Counted from the stretch's first letter, positions 7,741 through 17,576 are shown. The stretch is 55,737 bases of DNA from Candidatus Omnitrophota bacterium (GCA_016929445.1 JAFGIU010000063.1:1-55737), one strand, 5' to 3'. Program-made: numbers and translations. The notes: a model not told the origin generated them from the sequence alone.

Positions 7741-9831
7741 CTATTCAACGTGCACGACGCTCAAATCCGCAATGCGCGAGGCAAAGATGTCGTACACCCG
7801 TTTCATCAGGGACAATCGGTTCGCCCTGACTTCTGCTTGTTCCACATTGACCATGACCTGGTCAAAAAATTCGTGTAATAGATCCGAAAAGGCCTCTGCG
7901 TATTGCCGCGTGGCCTCACCATACTGCTGATTCCGCGTTAAATTCTCAACCACCCCCTCCTGCTGCAGACATACGTCCCAAACCTGATGTTCCAATTGGT
8001 GTTCGAATAACTGAGGCTGAACCTCCGACTCCACTTCTCCCCCGGCTCGAACAATACGATGGGCCCGCTCCACAATCTTGGCTGCATCGCGGAAATATTT
8101 GGAAGGAATTTCCTGGAGCTGATCCAGTCTTTGAACAAGCTCCTGAGGGCGGTCGCCGCACAGCGGAAAAACAGCATCAACCCAGGCATCAGGATACCGC
8201 AGCTTCAGCAAAACCTGCAACCGGGCCATACAATATTCCGCAGTGCGCTCCAAAGCCGCAGGGTCTCCGTCCCCTGCGGCAATCTGCAAGAGCTCACTAA
8301 GCCGGAGATTCCAACCCCGTTCCAGCACAATCTGAAGGGCGCCCTGCACATTACGCCGTATTCCGTAAGGATCCCCGCTGCTTGTGGGTTTAAGTCCGAC
8401 GCGGAAGCACTGGGCCACGGAGTCCAATTTGTCCGCCACAGAGAGGATGGACCCAAACACAGTCTGCGGCAGGCGGTCCTCAGCTGAACGCGGGAAGTAG
8501 TGCTCCCCGATCGCCACGCAAACCTTGGGCGAGGCCCCCTGTTCGCCGGCGTAGACCCCTCCGATCACACCCTGCAATGCGGGAAACTCCTTGACCATCT
8601 GCGAGGCCAGATCCGCTTTGCACCAGGAAACAGCCTGCTCGAGTTCCTCTTCGGTGTACTCGATGGAGTCCACCTGCTGGTGCAGATACCGGGCCAGATT
8701 CCGGATGCGGCCGGTCTTCTCAGCCATGGTTCCGGCTCCGCGCAGAAAAACGATTCCTGGCAAAAGTGAGGCAAAAAAATCCATCCCGCGCTTCGTGTCT
8801 TCCAAAAAGAAAAAACGCGCATCCGCCAATTTGGCATTGAGAATATTCTCGCAATTGCGCCGGATTGCCTGCCGCGCCTCTGCCGGGCGCGGCCCGTTCA
8901 ATACGCCGATAAACTTGGGAAGCGGCTTCAACCTCCTGGATTTCGAAGCATGGAGGATTCCAAAGAGCCGCTGTCCTTTGGCCATTGCAGCAGACAAAAC
9001 ATCCAAAGGAAGCCGCTCTGCATAATCCGGATCAAAACCCCCGGTTAACACCGATGGATCTTCAACCAGAAAACTGATCTCCTGCAAGAGCCCTTCATCC
9101 TTGTGCAAAATGCCTCCGGCCTTCTTAGCAGCCACGTCCAATTGCCGGGCAATTTTTTGCCTGCGTTCCTCAGGGTCGAGGAGAATCCCCTTTTGTTTGA
9201 CTTGCCGGAAATAGTCAGCAGGAGATTTGACGCCAAAGGGTTTGGAACCGGAGTATCGAGGCGACAGCGAACGGGCGCCTGCCTTAACTCTTCCCCATGT
9301 GAAGACCAGCGGTGTCTCACCCAAAAGCGCCAGAATCCAGCGAACCGGGCGCGCAAAACGCACACCCGTATCATCCCAACGCATCATCTTCGGAAATTTC
9401 AGCTCAGAGATGAGCCGCGGCAACAGGACCTTCAACACTGTGGCGGCAGAGGCCCCTTTCCGGGTCCAATGGGCCACCACTTTTGCCTTTCCTTTGACCT
9501 CTTCCAAGCTCAGGCAATCCGCCTTGATACCCAGGCCCTCGCAAAAGCCCTGGCCCGCCCGTGTCAGCTTGCCTTCGGCATCATAGGCCCTTTCCTTGGG
9601 AGGCCCTTCCCTGCGCATCGCACGGTCCTTCTGGCGAACAGCCAGCCCGCGCACATGCAAGACAAGGCGGCGCGGAGTACCCAGCACCTGAATGTCTCCG
9701 TACTCGAGCAGCTCTTCCTCTAAATATTGTTGGGCCAGGTTTCGAATCTGCGCCAAGGCGTCCGGCATATAGTCTGCCGGGATCTCTTCACAACCGATCT
9801 CCAGAAGCAAAGTCTTTGTCGTATTACTCAT
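7741..9831 (-). CDS. glyS: Glycine--tRNA ligase beta subunit
   Basis: The conserved start MSNTTKTLLLEIGCEEIPADY sits at ATG 9831 and overlaps the glyQ stop (ATGAGTAA). The 35-codon upstream extension in the ORF track lies inside glyQ. Confidence 0.93.
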   Translation of the reverse strand: MSNTTKTLLLEIGCEEIPADYMPDALAQIRNLAQQYLEEELLEYGDIQVLGTPRRLVLHVRGLAVRQKDRAMRREGPPKERAYDAEGKLTRAGQGFCEGLGIKADCLSLEEVKGKAKVVAHWTRKGASAATVLKVLLPRLISELKFPKMMRWDDTGVRFARPVRWILALLGETPLVFTWGRVKAGARSLSPRYSGSKPFGVKSPADYFRQVKQKGILLDPEERRQKIARQLDVAAKKAGGILHKDEGLLQEISFLVEDPSVLTGGFDPDYAERLPLDVLSAAMAKGQRLFGILHASKSRRLKPLPKFIGVLNGPRPAEARQAIRRNCENILNAKLADARFFFLEDTKRGMDFFASLLPGIVFLRGAGTMAEKTGRIRNLARYLHQQVDSIEYTEEELEQAVSWCKADLASQMVKEFPALQGVIGGVYAGEQGASPKVCVAIGEHYFPRSAEDRLPQTVFGSILSVADKLDSVAQCFRVGLKPTSSGDPYGIRRNVQGALQIVLERGWNLRLSELLQIAAGDGDPAALERTAEYCMARLQVLLKLRYPDAWVDAVFPLCGDRPQELVQRLDQLQEIPSKYFRDAAKIVERAHRIVRAGGEVESEVQPQLFEHQLEHQVWDVCLQQEGVVENLTRNQQYGEATRQYAEAFSDLLHEFFDQVMVNVEQAEVRANRLSLMKRVYDIFASRIADLSVVHVE

Positions 9832-10735
9832 CGCCCGGGTCCTCCGCCGGATCTTCGCCAATTCCGAGGTAGAGATTCGCGCAATGCTTAGCCATCTCGC
9901 GCACCCTCCCAATATACGCGGCCCGCTCCATGGCACTCACAGCCCCGCGCGCATCCAAAATATTGAAATAGTGCGACATCTTGAGCATGCACTCATAAGC
10001 AGGACTTAAAAGACCTTTAGCGGCCATGGACTGCCCCAGCTGCTCGGCCTCTCTAAACCAACGCTGATAAACCTGCACATCCGCTTCCTCAAAATTGTAC
10101 TGGCAGGATTCGCGCTCCCGGTTCCGGGCCAGTTCACCGTAGCTGAGCTCGCGGGTCCACCCCAGATCCTTGCCCCAAGCCAGATCAAAGAGGTCATAAC
10201 GGTTTTGCAAGAACATGGCAATACGTTCCAAGCCGTAGGTGATCTCAGCAGTGATCGGATTGAGCTCCATCCCCGCCATCTGCTGGAAGTAGGTAAACTG
10301 CGTGATTTCCAGACTATCCAACCAGACCTCCCAACCCAATCCCGAGGCACCCAGAGTCGGCGACTCCCAGTCATCTTGGACAAAGCGCTGGTCATGATTC
10401 TCGAGCTTCACGCCCACGGCTTTCAAGCTCTGGAGATAGAGGTCCACCACATTGTCCGGCGCGGGCTTCAGAACTACCTGGTATTGGTAGTAGTGCTGGG
10501 TGCGCAGAGGATTCTCACCATAACGCCCGTCCGCAGGCCTGCGCGAAGGCTGCACATAGGCGGCACGCCATGGTTTGGGCCCGAGACTCGCCAGGAAAGT
10601 CCCGGGGTGAAAAGTCCCCGCCCCCATCTCCACGTCATAGGGTTGCAAAATTGCGCATCCCTGCTTCTTCCAAAACGCCGCCAGACGCTCGATCAGCGTT
10701 TGAAAGTCAACAAGCTGCTTTTGCTGTGTTGCCAT
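9824..10735 (-). CDS. glyQ: Glycine--tRNA ligase alpha subunit
   Basis: FQTLIERLAAFWKKQGCAILQPYDVEMGAGTFHP...YVQPSRRPADGRYGENPLR. Confidence 0.96.
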   Translation of the reverse strand: MATQQKQLVDFQTLIERLAAFWKKQGCAILQPYDVEMGAGTFHPGTFLASLGPKPWRAAYVQPSRRPADGRYGENPLRTQHYYQYQVVLKPAPDNVVDLYLQSLKAVGVKLENHDQRFVQDDWESPTLGASGLGWEVWLDSLEITQFTYFQQMAGMELNPITAEITYGLERIAMFLQNRYDLFDLAWGKDLGWTRELSYGELARNRERESCQYNFEEADVQVYQRWFREAEQLGQSMAAKGLLSPAYECMLKMSHYFNILDARGAVSAMERAAYIGRVREMAKHCANLYLGIGEDPAEDPGDE

Positions 10736-11498
10736 GAATCTTCTTCCTCTGTTTCATTGCCTGCAAAAAACGCGCCGGTTTGGGAAGGCTCCCAAGATGG
10801 TAAACCAAATGGCGCTCCATCAAATTCTCCAAATCCGAAGCCATTTCGGGACTCATAGAGAGGCGCGGAAGAAAACTGAAGTCCGCTTCCGCCAGCTGCC
10901 TCAGCGTGGCGGAAGCAGCCTTGGACACGCGATCCACTGTTGGATCGCGGTTCCGGCAAGACTCACACAAAAAACCCCCCAATTTGTAACCAAAGTACTC
11001 CCCGGGCTCTGCCAGACTTTTTGAACAGCCCGAGCAACGGGAAAGATCGGGAAAGCTCCCCAGTTGTGTCAGCAAGCGGATCTCAAAACTCAGGCGGCAG
11101 CTAACCGGATTTGGAGCCCACTGTAACCAATCCAATGTCCTCTCGGCCAGGTCAAAGGCCTCCGGATGAGGATCCATCAGCTCCATCATCTGTTCCAGCA
11201 GCGCAACGACATAATTCGCATAGCCCAAACGAATCAGATCCTTGCGCAACTCCAAATAAGGCTTGACCAAATCACACTGCGAAACCAGATGCAGGTCTGT
11301 GCGCTGGCCGTGATAAAAAACAAAGTCATTCAGAGTAACCGGTTCAACAATGCTGCCAAAGCGGGACTTTTCACTTCGAGCCCCTTTTAAGAGGCCGTGA
11401 AACTTGCCGAATTCCCGGGAAAACACGGAGACCACAAAGGAGGTATCGCGAAAATCCCTCCGTCTGAGCACAATGCCCGTCGCCTTTTCAATGGCCAT
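10707..11498 (-). CDS. recO: DNA repair protein RecO
   Basis: OB-fold N-terminus GIVLRRRDFRDTSFVVSVFSREFGKFHGLLKGARS and Cys-rich zinc motif CSGCSK...CESC. The position before glyQS is as in many bacteria. Confidence 0.88.
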   Translation of the reverse strand: MAIEKATGIVLRRRDFRDTSFVVSVFSREFGKFHGLLKGARSEKSRFGSIVEPVTLNDFVFYHGQRTDLHLVSQCDLVKPYLELRKDLIRLGYANYVVALLEQMMELMDPHPEAFDLAERTLDWLQWAPNPVSCRLSFEIRLLTQLGSFPDLSRCSGCSKSLAEPGEYFGYKLGGFLCESCRNRDPTVDRVSKAASATLRQLAEADFSFLPRLSMSPEMASDLENLMERHLVYHLGSLPKPARFLQAMKQRKKIHGNTAKAAC

Positions 11499-11507
11499 CC
11501 ACTCTCC

Positions 11508-12152
11508 CTAGAGCCGCAAAGGCCCCGCACTGACTGCTCCGGCGGAAATCACCACGCGCAAAGCCTCTTCAACTGTCATCTCCACATCGATCACTTCGTC
11601 TCTTTTTATCAATAAAAAGAATCCGCTTGTCGGGTTGGGCGTCGTGGGCAAAAAGATGCTGATCATATCCTGCGGTGTCTTTTCCTGCAATTCTCCCATT
11701 GGTTCGCCCGTCACAAAACCAATTGAATAGATCCCTTTTCTCGGATACTCCACCAATATGGCTTTGCGAAAAATCCTGCCTTGGGCCTGGCCCAAGAAGG
11801 CTTCACTGATCTTTTTGATACTGGTGTAGATCCGGCCAACCAACGGCACCCGCGCAAAAAGGTCTTCAAAAAATCTCAATATGCGTTTGAGAACCAACAG
11901 CTCCGTGGCCAAGCCCAAGAGACAAACACCGGCCATTACCAGAACAAAGATGATGGCCTTGAGAAACACAATGATGAACTCGGGAATTCTGACCCGGTAC
12001 TCGCCCAAAATACTGACAAAGGGCTCGAGCAGAAGCCCGTTCAGTTGCACGACCACAAACTTGAAAATCAGGAAAGTGAGAAAAACCGGCAGGATAACCA
12101 ACAACCCGGTAAAAAAACCTCTCTGAAATTTCTTAATCATTGAACTATCCAT
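11508..12152 (-). CDS. DUF502 family membrane protein
   Basis: FFTGLLVILPVFLTFLIFKFVV..., ...PLVGRIYTSIKKISEAF..., ...VEYPRKGIYSIGFVTG...FLPTTPNPTSGFFL. ATG overlaps the ybeY stop (TAATG). Confidence 0.8.
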   Translation of the reverse strand: MDSSMIKKFQRGFFTGLLVILPVFLTFLIFKFVVVQLNGLLLEPFVSILGEYRVRIPEFIIVFLKAIIFVLVMAGVCLLGLATELLVLKRILRFFEDLFARVPLVGRIYTSIKKISEAFLGQAQGRIFRKAILVEYPRKGIYSIGFVTGEPMGELQEKTPQDMISIFLPTTPNPTSGFFLLIKRDEVIDVEMTVEEALRVVISAGAVSAGPLRL

Positions 12153-12604
12153 TATTTCCTTTCATCCCAGTAGCGTCTCATCAACTCATCCTGACGCTTG
12201 AACATTTTCTCTTTCAATGCAGGAGAGGAGTCTTCGTAGCCCATGGCGTGGAGAACTCCATGCAAAATGTAGAGGGCCAATTCCCGGTCCGCACTGTTCC
12301 CGTATTGCGGCGCGCTCTCGATTGCACGGTCTGCCGAGACTGCCACATCCACACAACGCGCGTTCAGATTCGCCGGATCCTCCGTCAAAAACGACAAGAC
12401 ATCCGTCGCGACATCCTTGCCCTTGTATTCCCGGTTGAGACGCTTCAAAAAAGCATCTGTTCCGATGACTACGGATACCACCCATTCCTTGGCTGACGAA
12501 TCCTCTGAAAGCGCCGCACACAACAAACGCCTGATATCCGTTTTCTTAAGACGGATTTTTCTTCGCTTGTTTCTTAGGTAGAACCGGACTTTGGCCTTCG
12601 GCAT
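12152..12604 (-). CDS. ybeY: rRNA maturation endoribonuclease YbeY
   Basis: Zinc motif HGVLHAMGYED plus TDVLSF. Start set at ATG 12604 (150 aa). The exact start is uncertain because the gene overlaps the pgpH 3' end. Confidence 0.85.
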   Translation of the reverse strand: MPKAKVRFYLRNKRRKIRLKKTDIRRLLCAALSEDSSAKEWVVSVVIGTDAFLKRLNREYKGKDVATDVLSFLTEDPANLNARCVDVAVSADRAIESAPQYGNSADRELALYILHGVLHAMGYEDSSPALKEKMFKRQDELMRRYWDERK

Positions 12605-14822
12605 TGGGTCCTTCCTTGGATCCCTCGACAGGACGCCCGCGGTCATCCGGAGGGTACTTCACTCTGGAGTGGTGCATTCCGACCAAAATCCTGAGGAATG
12701 CATCCGCGATTCTTTCCAAGTCCCTCAGTGTGAGCTCACATTCATCGAGCTGGCCATCGATAAACTTATTGTTAATAATCTTCCGCACCAATTCCTTAAT
12801 TCTTTCCGGAGTCGGATTTTCCATAGAACGGCAGGCCGCCTCTACGGAATCCGCCAAAAGACTCACCGCTGTCTCGCGGGTCTGGGGCTTAGGCCCCGGA
12901 TAGCGAAAGCTTTCTTCCTCCAGTTCTTCATCCTGGGGTGTCTTTTCCAGCGCGCGCACATAGAAATAGAAGACCAGACTTGTGCCATGGTGCCCCGGAA
13001 TAAAGTCGGCAATGGCTTGGGGCAGATTGTGTTTGCGCGCGCACTCCAGTCCGTTTTTGACGTGATTGATAATAATCAACCGGCTCATCGCCGGAGTGAG
13101 CTTCTCGTGGATTTCCTTGTCTTCAAGGTTGACTTGGTTTTCCGTAAAGTACTCGGCCTTGTCAATCTTCCCGATGTCGTGAAAATAGGCTCCGACACGC
13201 GCCAGCAGAGCATTGCCGCCGATGGCCTCAGTCGCGGCCTCACAGAGGTTCCCCACCGTCATGCTGTGGTGATAGGTACCCGGCGCCTTGACCGCCATTT
13301 CCTTCATGAGAGGATGATTCAGATCCGACCATTCGATCAAACTGATATTGGTAATAATTTTGAAACCCCATTCAAAGAGAGGCAAGAGACCGGTTACCAA
13401 AATAGCGGAGACCATCCCGTTGCCGAAACCCCAGAATCCCTCTTGCACAAAAACACTTACGCTGAGTTCGTTGATTAAGCCAATGGCAACAATACACAAA
13501 AACTGCACTACTGCTGCGGCAAAACCTGCCTGTAGAATCTGGGCTCTGCGCCTGGCGTTTCTTGCAAAATAAGCGGCAAACACGCCCCCCAGGAAGGTGA
13601 CCAATGCCACGTTTAGATTCATACCCGATATCAATCCGGCAAGAAGACTCAATATGACTGTTACCACAATGGCGACCTCTGTATTTACCAGTAACACTAC
13701 AAGGATCGAGGCAAGGGCCACGGGCATGCAATAGCTAGGCAAAGGTGAGAGCACAATCCCTTTATAGAGAACGACCGAAAGCAGAATGATGGTACCCAGC
13801 AAAGAATAGTATTTGATGGGGGTTTCCCGTTTGGTACGGCGGATCAAATCCACACACAGGAAAAAGAGGATAACAAAAAGGGAAACCAGGATAATCATGC
13901 CTGTGGCGTGCAGCGCTCGATTGGAACGGACTTGCAACCTGGCGATCTCATCCAACTGCATAATATGGTCGCGCGCAATCCTGCGCCCCCGGCTTACGAC
14001 CAGTTGACCGCGCCGCACCTCCACGCGCTGATACACGGGCTCCACAGCATCCATGGCCGCCTGTTTACGTTCCCCGGTGATATCCTCGCGCGGCACCAGG
14101 GTCTGAACGACCAGCCTATTTGCAAGAATCACCGCAGTCTCCCGGAATCGCCGGTCCTCCGGAAACTCATCCAATAAAAAGGCGGGGATGCGGGCCAGAA
14201 CTTCCTCGGGTGAGAGCAAGAGCGAGACATCCTTTGCCTGCTCCACCAGTTCTTCGTCATCCCGAATCATGATTTGGGACACTCGGTTTTCGAGAAGCCG
14301 ATCCCGTTCGGAGAGCGCCATGAGCCCGGAGAGATTGAGGGAGAAAACCGTGGAATCCAGAATGCGGGCGAGCTTTTCAATCCTCTCGGGATTGGAATCC
14401 AGGAGCTTGTCCAGCATCTCTGCACGAAGTTCTTCGCCGAACAGATCCTGCGCCACTAGGACCGCCTCCTCCTTAGACTTCTCACCCTTTTGCACACCCA
14501 CAATGACCTCCAGGAAGGCCTGGAGTTTCTCCATCTCCAAATTGGCCTGCTTCAGGTTCATCTCATAGACAGGCAGAATTCCGTTGGCCGCGCGCGCGCG
14601 CAAACGGTCGGTGGCTGCAGCGTCAATCTTTTCGGAGGCATAAGAAAAATTGAATGGGGCGTAAATACTGCGGAGAGCAATATCACCTTCTTGAAGAGAA
14701 CCGCGCAAAGACGCCTCACCCAAGGAGAGAACGAGTACAGCGCTAAGCCCCACCCCAAGGGCCATGAGTCCGAGAAGCACACGGCGGCGCAGCTTGACCA
14801 AATTGCCTTTTTTCGTGAACAC
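12546..14822 (-). CDS. pgpH: 7TM-receptor/HD-domain phosphohydrolase (PgpH/YqfF family)
   Basis: N-terminal extracytoplasmic domain, about 7 TM helices, then an HD domain (HHSMTVGNL...GAYFHDIGK...HH). GTG start 2 nt after the phoH stop. Confidence 0.88.
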   Translation of the reverse strand: MFTKKGNLVKLRRRVLLGLMALGVGLSAVLVLSLGEASLRGSLQEGDIALRSIYAPFNFSYASEKIDAAATDRLRARAANGILPVYEMNLKQANLEMEKLQAFLEVIVGVQKGEKSKEEAVLVAQDLFGEELRAEMLDKLLDSNPERIEKLARILDSTVFSLNLSGLMALSERDRLLENRVSQIMIRDDEELVEQAKDVSLLLSPEEVLARIPAFLLDEFPEDRRFRETAVILANRLVVQTLVPREDITGERKQAAMDAVEPVYQRVEVRRGQLVVSRGRRIARDHIMQLDEIARLQVRSNRALHATGMIILVSLFVILFFLCVDLIRRTKRETPIKYYSLLGTIILLSVVLYKGIVLSPLPSYCMPVALASILVVLLVNTEVAIVVTVILSLLAGLISGMNLNVALVTFLGGVFAAYFARNARRRAQILQAGFAAAVVQFLCIVAIGLINELSVSVFVQEGFWGFGNGMVSAILVTGLLPLFEWGFKIITNISLIEWSDLNHPLMKEMAVKAPGTYHHSMTVGNLCEAATEAIGGNALLARVGAYFHDIGKIDKAEYFTENQVNLEDKEIHEKLTPAMSRLIIINHVKNGLECARKHNLPQAIADFIPGHHGTSLVFYFYVRALEKTPQDEELEEESFRYPGPKPQTRETAVSLLADSVEAACRSMENPTPERIKELVRKIINNKFIDGQLDECELTLRDLERIADAFLRILVGMHHSRVKYPPDDRGRPVEGSKEGPNAEGQSPVLPKKQAKKNPS

Positions 14823-14824
14823 TG

Positions 14825-15787
14825 CTACGCCCCCTGTGCCCCTGCCTCGAATTTTTCATAGGCCTCGATGATGCGTTGAACCAGCTCGTGCCGGACGACA
14901 TCTCTCCCGGTAAAGTAGGTGAATTCGATTCCCGGAATGTGGTCCAGAAAGGAACGGACCTGCTCCAACCCGGAATCCTGGTGATTGGGCAAATCGCTCT
15001 GCGTCAGGTCTCCGGTCACTACAGCCTTTGATTCGAATCCCAGCCGGGTAAGAAACATCTTCATTTGTTCGGGTGTGCTATTCTGCGCCTCGTCCAAAAT
15101 CACAAAGGAATCGTTGAGCGTCCTTCCGCGCATGAATGCCAAGGGGGCCACTTCAATCACACCCTTTTCAATATTACGATGGACCAAATCCGTATCCATC
15201 ATGTCGAAAAGCGCGTCATAGAGCGGACGCAGATAAGGAGAAATCTTTTCCGCCAAATCGCCCGGCAAATAACCAAGCCGCTCTCCCGCCTCAACCGCAG
15301 GCCGGGTCAAAATAATCCGCTCCACTTGTTGTTTCTTGAGAGCAGCCACGGCCATGGCCATGGCTAGGTAGGTCTTGCCCGTCCCGGCCGGTCCGATACC
15401 GAAAGTGATGTGCTGGTTCCGGATGGCCTCAACATATTCACGTTGGCGGGGGGTGCGCGGGCTGATGAAGCGTTTCTTGGAAGAAACCTCAATGCGGTCC
15501 AGGCTGAGTTTGGCCCAATCCGCTTGGCTATCCTGGGTGACAAGACGCAAACCGTTGACTACCTGTTCGCGGCGCAAATCACCGTCGTGGTCGAGAATCT
15601 CCAGGAGATCCTCAACAAAACGCGCGGCACGCTCAACCGGCTCATCCTCGCCTTTGAGGATCAGGAGATGCCCGCGCGCCACCGTACTCACACCAAATTC
15701 GGACTCGATCAACTTCAGGTGTTCATCCTGATTACCGAACAGCAACAAGGCCTGGCGATCGTCCCTAAGCGTAAAGGATCGTTCCAT
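14825..15787 (-). CDS. phoH: PhoH-like ATPase
   Basis: Walker A GPAGTGKTYLAMA plus FVILDEAQN. Start at ATG 15787 (MERSFTLRDD...). The ORF-track extension overlaps the upstream lipoprotein ORF. Confidence 0.92.
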   Translation of the reverse strand: MERSFTLRDDRQALLLFGNQDEHLKLIESEFGVSTVARGHLLILKGEDEPVERAARFVEDLLEILDHDGDLRREQVVNGLRLVTQDSQADWAKLSLDRIEVSSKKRFISPRTPRQREYVEAIRNQHITFGIGPAGTGKTYLAMAMAVAALKKQQVERIILTRPAVEAGERLGYLPGDLAEKISPYLRPLYDALFDMMDTDLVHRNIEKGVIEVAPLAFMRGRTLNDSFVILDEAQNSTPEQMKMFLTRLGFESKAVVTGDLTQSDLPNHQDSGLEQVRSFLDHIPGIEFTYFTGRDVVRHELVQRIIEAYEKFEAGAQGA

Positions 15788-15797
15788 AGGATAGAGA

Positions 15798-16007
15798 CTA
15801 CAGCTTTTCGAAATCGAAGCGCAAAAGAGTGCGGGTCGTATCCCCATTGCGCTCGGCTGCAGGCGCCTGTCCGGCAATATACCCTTGATTTCCCCGCACC
15901 TCCTGATCCACTCGGGGCATTTCCTCCCTGCGCGCACTCATGCTCCAACAACCCGCCGTAGCGGCAACTGCGAGGAGCAATAGAATCAAACGTTGGCTGA
16001 CTTTCAT
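15798..16007 (-). CDS. Small putative lipoprotein (69 aa)
   Basis: MKVSQRLILLLLAVAATAGC has a signal peptide with a lipobox-like TAGC. GGAGGG lies 5-6 nt upstream. The ORF exactly fills the aspS-phoH gap. Confidence 0.55.
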   Translation of the reverse strand: MKVSQRLILLLLAVAATAGCWSMSARREEMPRVDQEVRGNQGYIAGQAPAAERNGDTTRTLLRFDFEKL

Positions 16008-16008
16008 C

Positions 16009-17421
16009 TCACCCTCCCTCTTGTGAAGGACTCAATTGATTCACTGTAATACCCAAATCGCGCAACTGTTTATCATCCACTGTCGAAGGCGCATTCGTCA
16101 AAGGACACGCAGCTTTCTGCGTCTTGGGGAAAGCAATCACTTCCCGTATCGAATCCACGCCGGCCATGATTGCCACGAGGCGGTCAATACCCGGAGCAAT
16201 CCCTCCGTGCGGGGGCGGCCCGTACCGGAAAGCGTTCAAAAGAAAACCAAACCGGCGCTGGGCCTCCTCACCGTTAATACCGATTGCGGCAAAAACCTTC
16301 TCCTGCAAATCACGGCGGTGAATTCTGATGCTGCCTGAGCCCACCTCCACGCCATTGAGCACTAAATCATAGGCACGGGAGCGCACCTCCAAAGGATGGG
16401 TCTCCATTTTGGGGATGTCCTCCTCAAAGGGAGAGGTGAAGGGGTGATGTTCCGCCATCAAGCGCCCGCTTTCCTCGTCTTTGCCAAAAAGAGGAAACTC
16501 CGTGACCCAACAAAATGCAAACTCCCTTCCGGCCTCCCCCTTCCTCAAATCCGGTTTGTCGGTACCGTATCGGGCCATGGCTTCAGAGTGAGGAATACGC
16601 GGAAAGGGCAGAGTGAGCTCCACGTCCAAGACCTGCTTGAAAATCTGATAGAAGAGATTCTCCATTAGAGCAAAAATGTCTTCCTCGGTGACAAAGGACA
16701 TCTCCAGATCGAGCTGCGTAAACTCAGGCTGGCGGTCGGAACGCAGATCCTCATCCCGGAAACAACGCGCAATCTGAAAATACTTTTCCACGCCGCCGAC
16801 CATCAACAGTTGCTTAAAAAGCTGCGGGGATTGAGGCAAGGCGTAGAATTGGCCCTCATTCAAACGGCTTGGAACCAGATAGTCACGGGCGCCTTCAGGC
16901 GTAGAGCGCGTGAGGATCGGAGTCTCGACCTCCAAAAACTGCGCTTCGTCCAGGACCTTGCGGATAACGGCAATAACATCATGCCGCATCTTAAGGCGCC
17001 GGTACATGCTGGGACGCCGCAAATCCAAATAGCGATAAGCCAAACGCACGTCTTCATTGGCTGTCTCGGCGTCCTCGACCTCAAACGGAACTGTCTCGGA
17101 TTCGGAAAGCACCAGAAGATCCTCGGCGCAAACTTCTACAAGGCCTGTCGGAATATCAGGATTCTCGGTCTTCTTGGGTCGCTTCACGACTTCGCCCTTT
17201 ACCTGAACGCACCACTCACTCCGCAAAGTTTCCGCCACCTTGTGCGCATCCGGAGAGACCGAGGGCACAAAAACCACCTGGGTGATACCCTCCCTATCGC
17301 GAATATCAATAAAAATGAGTTTACCGTGATCCCGGCGGGCAGCCACCCAACCCAGCAAGGTCACTTTCTCTCCGACCTGCCCAGGCCGCAGCCCTCCGCA
17401 GGTATGTGTCCGCTTTTCCAC
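16009..17421 (-). CDS. aspS: Aspartate--tRNA ligase, bacterial type, lacking the GAD insertion domain
   Basis: GTG start with AGGAGA upstream. Motifs are RTHTCGGLR, FYALPQSPQLFKQLLM, FRDEDLRSDRQPEFTQLD and GGIAPGIDRL. The protein is 470 aa because YGTDKPDLR is followed after about 9 residues by FCWVTEFPLF. Confidence 0.93.
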   Translation of the reverse strand: MEKRTHTCGGLRPGQVGEKVTLLGWVAARRDHGKLIFIDIRDREGITQVVFVPSVSPDAHKVAETLRSEWCVQVKGEVVKRPKKTENPDIPTGLVEVCAEDLLVLSESETVPFEVEDAETANEDVRLAYRYLDLRRPSMYRRLKMRHDVIAVIRKVLDEAQFLEVETPILTRSTPEGARDYLVPSRLNEGQFYALPQSPQLFKQLLMVGGVEKYFQIARCFRDEDLRSDRQPEFTQLDLEMSFVTEEDIFALMENLFYQIFKQVLDVELTLPFPRIPHSEAMARYGTDKPDLRKGEAGREFAFCWVTEFPLFGKDEESGRLMAEHHPFTSPFEEDIPKMETHPLEVRSRAYDLVLNGVEVGSGSIRIHRRDLQEKVFAAIGINGEEAQRRFGFLLNAFRYGPPPHGGIAPGIDRLVAIMAGVDSIREVIAFPKTQKAACPLTNAPSTVDDKQLRDLGITVNQLSPSQEGG

Positions 17422-17576
17422 TTATATTCTCCTAACCTTCGTCCGCCATCCCGGGCCCAGCAAGGGGCATGGGGATCTTTGTGAAACAAAGATTGCTTCT
17501 CCGCCATGAATCGTGGCGGATCGCAATGACGATGATTTACTCTTCGCCGCGCTCCGCTTGCGATGACACCCTCAGC

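Noticed and set aside
9832-9936. N-terminal extensions given by the ORF track for glyS (to 9936), phoH (to 15937), hisS (to 18896), groES (to 28498), birA (to 30281), nadC (to 33390), rplE (to 49719), rpmC (to 50904), apt (to 4150) and the hypothetical gene (to 941).
   Set aside because: The extensions overlap the preceding gene or a repeat, often start at TTG or GTG, and precede well-conserved family N-termini that have their own ATG/GTG and SD.
17422-17576. Possible T-box leader between hisS and aspS. The minus strand has GAGGGUGUCAUCGCAAG and two hairpins (CCGCCA-N7-TGGCGG and ATCTTTG-N5-CAAAGAT).
   Set aside because: At 155 nt it is too short for a T-box. The resemblance to the T-box sequence (AGGGUGGUACCGCG) is partial, and I could not identify a specifier loop or a terminator/antiterminator alternative with a U-tract.
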